NCBI GenBank assembly: GCA_963809895.1
Contig: CAWELD010000003.1
Location: 2,304,001 to 2,368,000 of the forward strand
Length of the DNA: 64,000 nt
Source: an uncultured Gemmatimonadales bacterium
GTDB taxonomy: Bacteria > Gemmatimonadota > Gemmatimonadetes > Longimicrobiales > Gaopeijiaceae
Direction: 5' to 3'
In this document: piece by piece, positions 43,917 through 56,062 of the stretch
How the letters are laid out: each line of letters opens with the position of its first letter
How positions within the stretch are numbered: position 1 is the stretch's first letter
Made by a program: the position numbers and the translations under genes
The notes under the pieces: model-generated
Seen by the model: only the letters and a program-made list of their open reading frames with translations
Told to the model about the DNA's origin: nothing
The model's database searches: none

Positions 43917-46561
43917 CGCCGCGCTGGGTACGGGCGTATCGACTCCTCCTGACGCTCTACCCGCCCGCCTACCGGAGGCGGTACGGGGATCCCATGGAGG
44001 AGGTCTTCCAGCGCGCGCTGGAATCGGCTCGGCAACGGGGGGCCGCGGCCGTGGCGAAGCTCGCGCTCCGGACGGCGTGGGACCTGGCAACCAACGTTCC
44101 GGCGTTGTGGTGGCGCTCGCTGCGCTCCCGCGGTGCGGACGAGACGGGGAGGACGGGAATGAGGACACGACTGGACGAGGTGCTCGCCGACATTCGCCAT
44201 GCGCTTCGGGGCCTGCGACGCAATCCGGGGTTCGCGGCGGTGGCGCTCCTGACGCTGGGTGTGGGAATCGGCGCCGGGTCCGCGCTCTTCTCCATCCTGC
44301 ATCCGGTCCTGCTGGCCCCCCTGCCCTTTTCCGACGGCGACCGTGTGGTTCTGGTGGAGAACTCACCGCGCCCGGGCACGCGGTTCGTGGGGCTGTCGGA
44401 CCCCTTCTTCGCCGTCATCGCGGACGCCGAGGCCCCGTTCCGGGCGTCGGCCTCCCTGTCGCCGGCCACCGTCAACGTCGGGGGCGAGGATCGCCCGGAG
44501 CGTGTCCAGGCCATGCGGGTCTCGGGCGGGTTCTTCCAGGCCGTGCGGGTGGCGCCGCTCCTGGGCCGGGTGCTGGGGCCCGACGACGACGCCCCGGGCT
44601 CCGACGACGCCGTGGTCATCTCCGAGGGATTGTGGACCCGACGCTTCGCCCGGGACCCCGGCGTGGTGGGCAGCACGGTGCTGGTGGACGGACGTCCCCG
44701 CGCGGTGGTCGGCGTTCTCCCGGACGATTTCCGGTTCTTCGCCGACGCCGACGCCTGGATGCCCCTGGCCCTGGACCCCGCGGTGCTGGCCGACCCCGCC
44801 CGGGCAGTGAACAACAATCGCGTGGTGGTGGGGCTCCTCGAACCGGGCCAATCGCTGCGCACGGCCGAGGTGGCGCTGCAGCCCGTGGCAGCGCGCATCC
44901 GCACGCGCTTTCCCGATGCCGCCGGCGAGGAGCAGGGGCTCCGCCTGGTGGGATACCGGGACTGGCTCGTGTCCGGCATCCGCCAGGGACTGCTCCTCCT
45001 CGCGGGCGCGGTGCTCCTGGTCCTGATGGTCGCGTGCGCCAACCTGGCGAACCTCCTGCTGGTGCGAAACGAGGGGCGTCACCAGGAGATGGCCGTGCGC
45101 GCGGCGTTGGGAGCGGGACGCCTGCGCCTGGCGCGTCAACTCGCCACGGAGAGCCTGGTGCTCGGCACTCTGGGAGGGCTGCTGGGCCTGGGAATCGGCC
45201 AACTCACGCTCACGCTGCTCCGCCCCCTGGTGCCCGCCGAGCTGGGGCTGCCCGCCCACATCCCGCTCAGCCCCACGGTGCTGGCGTTCACGCTGGCGTT
45301 GGGGCTGGCCACGGGACTCCTCTTCGGCGTGGCGCCGGCGCTGCTCAGGCTCCGGCGGCGGCGGGGCGCATCCGGCTTGCGGGGCTCGACCGCCCGCTCC
45401 GGCTTGCGTAGCGGGCTGGTGGTGGCGCAGGTCGGCGTGACCGCCCTGCTCCTGGTGGGGGCCGGCCTGATGGTGCGCTCGCTGGCGAGGCTCGGCAACG
45501 TCGATCCAGGCTTCCAGGCCTCCGGACGCTGGACCATGGACCTGGTCCTTTCCCGTTCGGGCTACCCGGACGACGAATCGGTGGCCGCCTTCGCTCGCCA
45601 GCTCACCTCCGAGGCGGCGGCGCTGCCCGGCGTGGGAACGGCGGCGATGGCCCAGGACCTGCCGCTGCGCAGCGGCAGCAACTGGGGATTCACCGTGGAA
45701 GGCCAGCCCGACGCCGGCGTGCGCATCGCGGACTACGATCTGGTGGGGCCGGGCTATTTCTCCACCATGGGGATCCCGCTTCTGCAGGGGCGCGACTTCC
45801 GGTGGGAAGACGTCGACGGCACGGCGCCGGTGATCGTGAGCGCCTCGCTGGCCCAGGAGCTCTGGCCCGACGAGAATCCCCTGGGACGTCGCATCAACGT
45901 CAACGTGGACCACACCGTCTGGCGCGAGGTCGTGGGCGTGGCGGCCGACGTGCACAACCGTTCCCTGGCGCGGGAGCCCGACGCCATGATGTACTTTCCG
46001 CCGGTGGACCTGCCCTTCGCGGACCCTCTCCGCCTCACCCTGGTGCTGGCGGCGCCGGCCCCTCCGTCGATCCCGGCGGTGCACCGGCTGCTGAGCAACC
46101 TGGACGGGAGCATCCCACCCGAGAGCCTCGAGCCCCTGTCGGCTCTGGTGGCAGCGTCCGAGGCCCGGCGGCGCTTCCTCATGGGCCTCCTGTCGACCTT
46201 CGCGGTGATCACGCTGGTCCTGGCCGGCGTCGGCCTCTACGGCGTGGTGGCCTACACGGTGGCGTCGCGCAGCCGGGAGCTGGGCGTACGCATGGCGCTG
46301 GGTGCGGAGCCCGCGCGCGTGCGCGCCATGGTGCTCCGACAGGGAGCCGTCCTGGCCGTGGGCGGGCTGGCGCTGGGCCTTCCGGCGGCGCTGCTGGCGA
46401 GTCGATTCGTGTCGGCTTTCCTCTACGGGGTGCCCGCCACGGATCCCGTCACCTACGCGGCGGTGGGCGCCGGCCTGGTGGCCGTGGCGCTCCTGGCCAC
46501 GGCGCTCCCCGCGCGCAGAGCGACGCGGCTGGACCCGGCCCGCACGCTGCGCACCGAGTGA
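43913..46561 (+). CDS. Duplicated MacB/FtsX-type ABC permease (ADOP family)
   Basis: ATGA overlap with padR; prefix YRLLLTLYP..YRRRYG; TLGVGIGA, CANLANLLL, DPGF, RSRELGVRMALGA and PARRATRLDP. Confidence 0.92.
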   Translation: MTPRWVRAYRLLLTLYPPAYRRRYGDPMEEVFQRALESARQRGAAAVAKLALRTAWDLATNVPALWWRSLRSRGADETGRTGMRTRLDEVLADIRHALRGLRRNPGFAAVALLTLGVGIGAGSALFSILHPVLLAPLPFSDGDRVVLVENSPRPGTRFVGLSDPFFAVIADAEAPFRASASLSPATVNVGGEDRPERVQAMRVSGGFFQAVRVAPLLGRVLGPDDDAPGSDDAVVISEGLWTRRFARDPGVVGSTVLVDGRPRAVVGVLPDDFRFFADADAWMPLALDPAVLADPARAVNNNRVVVGLLEPGQSLRTAEVALQPVAARIRTRFPDAAGEEQGLRLVGYRDWLVSGIRQGLLLLAGAVLLVLMVACANLANLLLVRNEGRHQEMAVRAALGAGRLRLARQLATESLVLGTLGGLLGLGIGQLTLTLLRPLVPAELGLPAHIPLSPTVLAFTLALGLATGLLFGVAPALLRLRRRRGASGLRGSTARSGLRSGLVVAQVGVTALLLVGAGLMVRSLARLGNVDPGFQASGRWTMDLVLSRSGYPDDESVAAFARQLTSEAAALPGVGTAAMAQDLPLRSGSNWGFTVEGQPDAGVRIADYDLVGPGYFSTMGIPLLQGRDFRWEDVDGTAPVIVSASLAQELWPDENPLGRRINVNVDHTVWREVVGVAADVHNRSLAREPDAMMYFPPVDLPFADPLRLTLVLAAPAPPSIPAVHRLLSNLDGSIPPESLEPLSALVAASEARRRFLMGLLSTFAVITLVLAGVGLYGVVAYTVASRSRELGVRMALGAEPARVRAMVLRQGAVLAVGGLALGLPAALLASRFVSAFLYGVPATDPVTYAAVGAGLVAVALLATALPARRATRLDPARTLRTE

Positions 46562-46592
46562 GCGCCCCGGGGGCGCCTCCAGGCGCTCACTC
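46556..46592. terminator. Bidirectional hairpin that includes both permease stop codons
   Basis: GAGTGAGCGCC (46556-46566) and GGCGCTCACTC (46582-46592) form a perfect 11-bp inverted repeat. Confidence 0.6.
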
Positions 46593-49142
46593 GTCGCGGA
46601 GCACCTGCGCCGGATCGGAGCGGGCGGCGGCGCGTGCCGGCAGGCTCGTCGCCGAGACCGCGGCCAGCCCCAGGAGGACGGCGGCCAGGGCGTAGGCCCG
46701 CGGGTCGCCCGCGTCCAGCCCCGGAACCTGACTGGCCAGCGACCGGATGCCCAGCCACGCCAGGACCACGCCCGCCACCATGCCGACCACCACGGTTCGT
46801 GCGCTCCCGTACATAACCCAGCGGTAGAGGGTGGCTGGGCGGGCGCCGAGGGACAGCCGGATTCCGAACTCCCGACGTCGGACGCGGGCCACCTGCGCCA
46901 CCACGCCGTAGAGCCCCACCACGGCCAACAGGGCCGCGGCCGCGGCGAAGCAGGTCAACAGCAGCGCGGTCAGACGCTCCCGGGCCAGCGCGGCCGAAAA
47001 GAGGTCCTCGACCCGGTCGACCTTCACCACCGGGAGCTCCGCATCGACGGAGCGGATCGCGGCTCGGATCTCGGACACCAGCGCGTCGAGGTCGCCCGAG
47101 CCCCGGACGAGCAGGGTTCGTCCCGACGCCGCCTGACCGACCTCGTAGATCTGGCCGTAGTCCGGCGCGTTCAGCCCTCCCCACGCCAGCACGTCGCCCA
47201 CCACGCCCACCACCGTGCCCCAGGGGGCGTCGGATCCCATGCGAAAGCCCCGGCCCACGGCGTCACCGTCCGGCGGGAAGTAGCGGCGCGCCGTCGACTC
47301 GCCCATCAGCCAGAGCTGCTCGCCGGCGTCGCGGTCCTCCTCCTGAAAGCCCCGCCCTCGGAGCACCGGCAGGCGAAGCGTCTCCACGTAGCCGGGACCC
47401 ACCGATGCACCGAAGAGGACCTCACGCGGCGTCGAGGGATCCGGCTCGGGCCCGCCCTCGGCCTGGGGATGACCGAAGTAGATCCCCACCGAAGGCGGCA
47501 CCCCACTGGCGATCACCGCGCTCTCCACCGCCCCGAGCGCCTCCACACGGGCCTGGATCGCCCGATTGGCCGCGGCGAGTTCGTCCTCCGTGGAGAAGCG
47601 CCAATCCGGAAGCCGGTACTGCACGGCCACCAGGCCCCGATCCTGGAAGCCGACGTCGCGGGACTGCGCATCGAGGAGGGTGGTGGTGACCTTGACCGCG
47701 GCCACCAGCAGCACGAACGAGAGGGCCACCTCCACCGTGACCAGCACCCGTCGCGCGCGGGCCACCCCCGCCGAGGCGGAGTGCCGCCCGCCACCGACAA
47801 GCTCGCCCACCCGCCCTCGCCCTACCCGCAGCGACGGCACCAGACCGAACACCAGCAACGACGTCGCGGTGGCCAGGATGGCGAAGGCCAGAACCCGCCC
47901 GTTCAGGACGAGACCGTCCAGCAGGGTCAGCGCGTCTGGCCGCACCCGCGGCAGGACCGCCACGGCCAGACGGGCGAGGCCCAGGCCCAGCGCGGCCGCC
48001 AGGCTGGCGAGCACGACGCTCTCCATGAGCTGTTGGCGGGCGAGGCGACCCCGCGAGGCACCCAGCGCCGCACGTACGGCCGCCTCGCTGCTGCGAGCCT
48101 CGGAGCGCGCCAGGAGCAGCCCGGCCACGCTGGCGCAGGCCATGGCCAGAAGGAGGGCCACGGCGGCCATGAGGATGGTCATGGGTCCCCGGAGCGAGCG
48201 CGTCTCCAACTCCCCGGCCGGAACGATCTCCAGCTCGCCCTGCGCGCCGGCTTCGGAGCGGGCCTGGTTGATGCCCGCCAGCCGTTCCCGGGCCACGGAC
48301 AGCGTCGTTCCCGGCGCGAGACGCCCCAGGATCAGGCTGATTCCCAGCGAACCGTTTCGCGCCATGGGCACCCACACATCGGTGGGCTGGGCGCTGGGAC
48401 TCGGGAAGTGAAGCGTGCGAGGCGCCACCCCCACCACGGTCCAGGGCTCACCGTCCAGACGCAGCGTGCTACCCACCACGTCACCCGCGCCCAGGCGGTG
48501 CCAGAGCCCCTCGGAAAGCACCACCACGTGCCGCCCCTCGTCGTCGGGCTGGAGGAGTCTGCCCCGAAGTGGGGCGACGCCCACGATGTCCACGAACCCC
48601 GGGTCCACCCAGACGGCGGCGACGGACTCGGGCTCTCCGCGGCCCGACAGGATCATGGGCTGCTGCGAGAAGGCCACCAACGCGTCGAAGAGACCGTCGG
48701 CGTCACGCAGCGACTCCCGGGCATCCAGGTCGGGGCTGGTACGGAGGGAGGGCCCCATCCGGCGCCAGACGTTCACGAGCCGATCCGCTTGTGGCAGATC
48801 CACCGGCCTGAGCATCACCCGGTCCAGGGCGCTGAACAGGGCGGTGGCGGCGCCGATCCCCAGCCCGAGCGTCACGACGGCGGTGACGGTTGTGCCGGGA
48901 GCCCGCCGTAGCGAGCGCACGGCCGCTCTCAGGTCGTCCACGCCCCCTCGCCGCGCCCGGGACCACCGCAGGCGAAGGGCGGTCGAGACCACGTCACGCC
49001 CTTCGCCCAGCCACAGGGCGACACGGCCGAGCGGCGATCCCGCCCGTTGCAGACGCTCGCGAAAGGTGGCCTCCATGGCGACGCCGTGGCGGCGGCGAAA
49101 CGAGGCGGGCAGCAGGAGCCGAAGCAGCCGGTGGAGCATCAC
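46587..49142 (-). CDS. Duplicated MacB/FtsX-type ABC permease (ADOP family)
   Basis: Prefix RLLRLLLPASFRRRHG; TLGLGIGAATALFS, RQQLMES, RRREFGIRLSLGA and PARAAARSDP; overlaps the padR stop. Confidence 0.9.
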   Translation of the reverse strand: MMLHRLLRLLLPASFRRRHGVAMEATFRERLQRAGSPLGRVALWLGEGRDVVSTALRLRWSRARRGGVDDLRAAVRSLRRAPGTTVTAVVTLGLGIGAATALFSALDRVMLRPVDLPQADRLVNVWRRMGPSLRTSPDLDARESLRDADGLFDALVAFSQQPMILSGRGEPESVAAVWVDPGFVDIVGVAPLRGRLLQPDDEGRHVVVLSEGLWHRLGAGDVVGSTLRLDGEPWTVVGVAPRTLHFPSPSAQPTDVWVPMARNGSLGISLILGRLAPGTTLSVARERLAGINQARSEAGAQGELEIVPAGELETRSLRGPMTILMAAVALLLAMACASVAGLLLARSEARSSEAAVRAALGASRGRLARQQLMESVVLASLAAALGLGLARLAVAVLPRVRPDALTLLDGLVLNGRVLAFAILATATSLLVFGLVPSLRVGRGRVGELVGGGRHSASAGVARARRVLVTVEVALSFVLLVAAVKVTTTLLDAQSRDVGFQDRGLVAVQYRLPDWRFSTEDELAAANRAIQARVEALGAVESAVIASGVPPSVGIYFGHPQAEGGPEPDPSTPREVLFGASVGPGYVETLRLPVLRGRGFQEEDRDAGEQLWLMGESTARRYFPPDGDAVGRGFRMGSDAPWGTVVGVVGDVLAWGGLNAPDYGQIYEVGQAASGRTLLVRGSGDLDALVSEIRAAIRSVDAELPVVKVDRVEDLFSAALARERLTALLLTCFAAAAALLAVVGLYGVVAQVARVRRREFGIRLSLGARPATLYRWVMYGSARTVVVGMVAGVVLAWLGIRSLASQVPGLDAGDPRAYALAAVLLGLAAVSATSLPARAAARSDPAQVLRDE

Positions 49143-49516
49143 GACCCTTCCTCCAGCGCCCCACGCAGGCCGCCGGGCACGAGGTCGCGCGCCGCCGCGG
49201 CCCGCAGGGTACGCAGCATGCGGGCGGACTCGGCACGCACCGCGTCGCGTCCCGCGTCGGTGATGCGGAAGTAGCGTCGGCGCTGGTCCTCGCCCGGCGC
49301 CGGCAGATCCGGTGAGCGCCGGATCAGGCCCTCGTCCTCCAATCGCTCCAGCGCCGCGTACAGCGTCCCCGTGCCCGGCCGCAGGAATCCCTCGGACTGG
49401 CGCTCCACCTCCTGCAGCAGGGCGTATCCGTGCAGGTCGTCCTCGGCCAGCGCCAGCAGGAGCGCCATGGTGAGGGGGGTCAGGGGCGTCGGGTCCTCGT
49501 CGGTGCGGCGGCTCAT
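49139..49516 (-). CDS. PadR family transcriptional regulator
   Basis: LLLALA..DLHGY, GTGTLYAALERL and RRRYFRITDAG; ATG 49516 with GAGG RBS. Confidence 0.9.
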   Translation of the reverse strand: MSRRTDEDPTPLTPLTMALLLALAEDDLHGYALLQEVERQSEGFLRPGTGTLYAALERLEDEGLIRRSPDLPAPGEDQRRRYFRITDAGRDAVRAESARMLRTLRAAAARDLVPGGLRGALEEGS

Positions 49517-50004
49517 GGGATGGTCCTCGCGGAGTATTCCGGCCATCTACTCAGATGATCGTAATAATGACAGCGTCCCGCGTCGCCGTCAACGCGGGGC
49601 GACCGGACCCGGTGCCGGGCCGGCGGGGTATCCAGAATTCGTCGAACCGCCTCTGGAGGTACGGGTGTCTCGAATGTCGCTGGTCGCCGTCCTGGCGCTG
49701 GGTCTCACCGGTTGCGCCCTCAACCGGGGACCGGAACGCATGCCCGACGGCGGGGAGGCCGACCAGGTCGAGATCCAGGTGAAGAACCACAATTTCGCGG
49801 ACGCCACGCTGCACGCCCTCAAGGGCGGCGAGCGCATCCGCCTGGGGATCGTGACCGGGAAGACGGACAAGAGCTTCCGGATCCCCTGGCGCTTCACGGT
49901 GCCGCTGCGGATCGAGATCGACCTCCTGGCCGGACCGGCCTGCGTCACCCGGTCCATGCAGGTGGATCCGGGAGACATCGTGGAGGTTCAGATCCGGGCG
50001 GTGC

Positions 50005-52984
<2,980 letters not shown>

Positions 52985-53021
52985 ACGGAACGGGCCGGTG
53001 GCCCCCGGGGAGTCCGGGGGC

Positions 53022-55982
53022 ATGAAGAGCTTCTTTCATTTCTCGGAGCGTTACGGCGGCCGTACCGGCGGCTATCGGGACCTGTGTCCCGAGCAGGTGC
53101 GCCGCGTGCTGTTCGTGTCGTCGCTCTACGAGTCCTTCATCCTGGCGGAGGACGGGCACCTCCACGAACGCGTCCTGGGCGAGTTCCTGGAGACCAGCCT
53201 CCGCCAGCCGCCGGACCTCATGCGCGTGTCCTCGGGGCGCGAGGCGCTGGACGTGCTGCGCCGGGACCGCCCCCGCGTGGACCTGGTGGTCACGAGTCCC
53301 CACGTGGGCGACATGGACGCGGCGGCGCTGGCTGCCGCCGTGGACGCCGAGGGCCTGGGGGTGCCGGTGGTGGTGCTCGCGTACACGGACCGCGAGCTCC
53401 GCACCTTCCAGACATCCACCGTCTCGGACCATCTGGCCGGCGCCTTCCTGTGGCAGGGCGACGGCCGCATCCTCCTGGCCATCGTCAAGAGCGTGGAGGA
53501 TCGCCTCAACGCGGAGCACGACACCCGCATCGGGGTGCCGGTCTTCCTGGTCGTGGAGGACAGCGTCCGCTACTACTCCTCGTTCCTGCCCGTCGTCTAC
53601 TCGGAGGTCCTGAACCTGAGTCAGTCGGTGCTGGCCGAGGCCGGCAACCGTCTGCAACGCTACCTCAGGCTGCGCGCCCGGCCCAAGATCCTCCTGTCCA
53701 CCACCTTCGAGGACGCCTTCGCCGACTTCACCGAGTACCGGGATCTGGTGATGGGCGTCATCGCCGACATCGAGTTCCCGCGAGGCGACGAGCTGTCTCC
53801 CACCGCGGGCATCGACCTCACCGGCGCCATCCGGGCGCTCCAGCCCGACGTGCCGGTGGTGCTGCAGTCGTCGAATCCCGAGAACCAGGCCGTGGCGCGG
53901 CGCCTGGGGGCGGGCTTCCTCCTGAAGGGCGCGCCGGACTTCCTCCTGCAGCTCCGACGCACGCTCACCGAGCACCTCTTCTTCGGGGACTTCGTCTTCC
54001 GCGATGCCGAGGGTGAGGAGATCGCCCGGGCCAGCGACCTGAAGACGCTGGTGCAGGAGCTGCGAGAGGTCCCTGCCGAGTCGCTGGCGTACCACGCCGT
54101 GCGCAACGACTTCTCGCGCTGGCTGCGAGCGCGTGCGGAATTCGGGCTGGCCGGAAAGCTCCAGCCCCGACGCCTGGAGGATTTCGCCTCCACGGAGGAC
54201 CTGCGCCAGGAGCTGATCCGCTCCATCGACGACTACCGGCGGGAGCGGAACCGGGGTACGGTGGCGCCGTTCCGCGCCGACCTCTTCGACGGTGAGGAGG
54301 GCATCGTCCAGATCGGTGGGGGCTCGCTGGGCGGCAAGGGGCGTGGTCTGGCCTTCGCGTCGCGCCTCCTGGACGAGGTGCGCCTGGCCGACCACTTCAC
54401 GGGCCTGCGCGTGGCGGTGCCTCCGGCGGTGGTGCTGGGCACCGGCGTGTTCGAGCGCTTCTTCGAGGACACCGAGCTGCGCGAGATGGCGCTGCAGTCG
54501 GAGGACGAAGACGAGACCCGGCACCGCATCCTGGCCACGCCGCTCCCCGCCGACGTGCGCGAGGCGCTGGCCCGGGTGGTGGCCGTCGTGGACCGCCCTC
54601 TGGCGGTGCGCTCCTCGAGTCTGCTGGAGGACTCTCCCCGGCATTCCTTCGCCGGCGTCTATCGGACCTGGTTGCTGCCCAACGACGATCCGGATCCCAG
54701 GACCCGGCGACTGCAGCTCGAGGAGGCGGTCAAGCGGGTCTACGCGTCGACCTTCTCGCGCCGGGCCCGGGCCTTCCTCGACGCCACGCCCTACCGCCTG
54801 GAGGAGGAGGCCATGGCGGTGGTCATCCAACGGCTGGTGGGCGGCAGGCACGGACAACACTTCTATCCGCACATCTCGGGCGTGGCCCGCTCCCGGAACT
54901 ACTACCCGTCGCCTCCCGCGCGGGTGGAAGACGGCATCTGCGCCGTGGCCCTCGGGCTCGGCAAGACCGTGGCCGAGGGCGAGCCCTGCCTGCGCTTCGC
55001 CCCACCGTATCCAGAGCACGTCATGGAGCTCTCCACCCTGGAGGGCATGCTGGACGCCACCCAGCGCACCTTCTGGGCCATGCGTCTCGGCAGCGAGCCT
55101 CCCCCCGGTGGCTGGGCCGACGACGGTCCGCTGGTCCGGCTCCCCCTCAAGGTGGCCGAGGCCGACGACACGCTGGCACCGGTGGCGTCCACCTATTCGG
55201 AGCAGAACCAGGCGGTCTACGACGGCCTGGGACGACCTGGCACCCGGCTCGTGACCTTCGCCCCCATCCTCAAGCATCGGGTCTTTCCCCTGCCCGCCGT
55301 GGTGCGCGAGCTCCTCATCGTGGGGATGGCGGGGACCCGCCTGCCCGTGGAGATCGAATTCGCGGTGGACCTGAACCCCGCCGACGGCGGCACCCCGGAA
55401 GTGGGATTCCTGCAACTCCGTCCGCTGTCGGCGACGCAGGACGACGAGGTGTCCATGCCGGATGTGGAGCCGGAGCGCATCCTGTGCGAGAGCCCGGCGG
55501 TCCTGGGCCACGGCCACACGCGGGAGATCCGTGACATCGTCGTGGTGGACCCCGCCGCCTTCCAGCGGGCCCGCAGCGCCGCCTGCGCGGAGGCCGTGGG
55601 GCAGTTCAACGCCCGCCTCACCCGCGAGGGACGTCCGTACGCGCTGGTGGGGGTCGGACGCTGGGGGTCGAGCCAGCCCTGGCTGGGGATCCCCGTACGA
55701 TGGGAGGACATCGCCGGAGCCCGGGTCATCGTGGAGGCGGGGCTCCGGGACATCCGGGTGACGCCGTCGCAGGGCACCCACTTCTTCCAGAACCTGGTGT
55801 CGCTCAACGTCGGCTATTTCACCGTCAACGCCGACGCCGGTGAGGGCCACGTGGACTGGGACTGGCTCATGGCCCAGGAACCGGACGAAGTGCGGGGATG
55901 CGTGCGCCTGATCCGGTTCGCCGATCCCCTGGAGGCCATCATGGACGGGCGCAACCGACGGGGGGTGTTGCTCAAGCCGTAG
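53022..55982 (+). CDS. Receiver-domain / PEP-synthase ATP-grasp (PPDK_N) / putative phospho-His domain protein
   Basis: Two REC-like units, then GGKGRGL and PLAVRSSSLLEDS...FAGVY ATP-grasp motifs, and C-terminal SQGTHFF; lies 37 bp after gdhA. Confidence 0.85.
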   Translation: MKSFFHFSERYGGRTGGYRDLCPEQVRRVLFVSSLYESFILAEDGHLHERVLGEFLETSLRQPPDLMRVSSGREALDVLRRDRPRVDLVVTSPHVGDMDAAALAAAVDAEGLGVPVVVLAYTDRELRTFQTSTVSDHLAGAFLWQGDGRILLAIVKSVEDRLNAEHDTRIGVPVFLVVEDSVRYYSSFLPVVYSEVLNLSQSVLAEAGNRLQRYLRLRARPKILLSTTFEDAFADFTEYRDLVMGVIADIEFPRGDELSPTAGIDLTGAIRALQPDVPVVLQSSNPENQAVARRLGAGFLLKGAPDFLLQLRRTLTEHLFFGDFVFRDAEGEEIARASDLKTLVQELREVPAESLAYHAVRNDFSRWLRARAEFGLAGKLQPRRLEDFASTEDLRQELIRSIDDYRRERNRGTVAPFRADLFDGEEGIVQIGGGSLGGKGRGLAFASRLLDEVRLADHFTGLRVAVPPAVVLGTGVFERFFEDTELREMALQSEDEDETRHRILATPLPADVREALARVVAVVDRPLAVRSSSLLEDSPRHSFAGVYRTWLLPNDDPDPRTRRLQLEEAVKRVYASTFSRRARAFLDATPYRLEEEAMAVVIQRLVGGRHGQHFYPHISGVARSRNYYPSPPARVEDGICAVALGLGKTVAEGEPCLRFAPPYPEHVMELSTLEGMLDATQRTFWAMRLGSEPPPGGWADDGPLVRLPLKVAEADDTLAPVASTYSEQNQAVYDGLGRPGTRLVTFAPILKHRVFPLPAVVRELLIVGMAGTRLPVEIEFAVDLNPADGGTPEVGFLQLRPLSATQDDEVSMPDVEPERILCESPAVLGHGHTREIRDIVVVDPAAFQRARSAACAEAVGQFNARLTREGRPYALVGVGRWGSSQPWLGIPVRWEDIAGARVIVEAGLRDIRVTPSQGTHFFQNLVSLNVGYFTVNADAGEGHVDWDWLMAQEPDEVRGCVRLIRFADPLEAIMDGRNRRGVLLKP

Positions 55983-56062
55983 GCGCCAGAATACTGCCAC
56001 GGCCCGCACCCGATTATCTTTCGTTGCTGCCGAGGATTCACCAACACCGCGGACGATCCGTC

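Noticed and set aside
1600..46592. Intergenic GC hairpins as a REP or MITE family
   Set aside because: The stems at 1600, 3214, 30984, 40154 and 46556 share no primary sequence and show no target duplications. They are best read as independent terminators.
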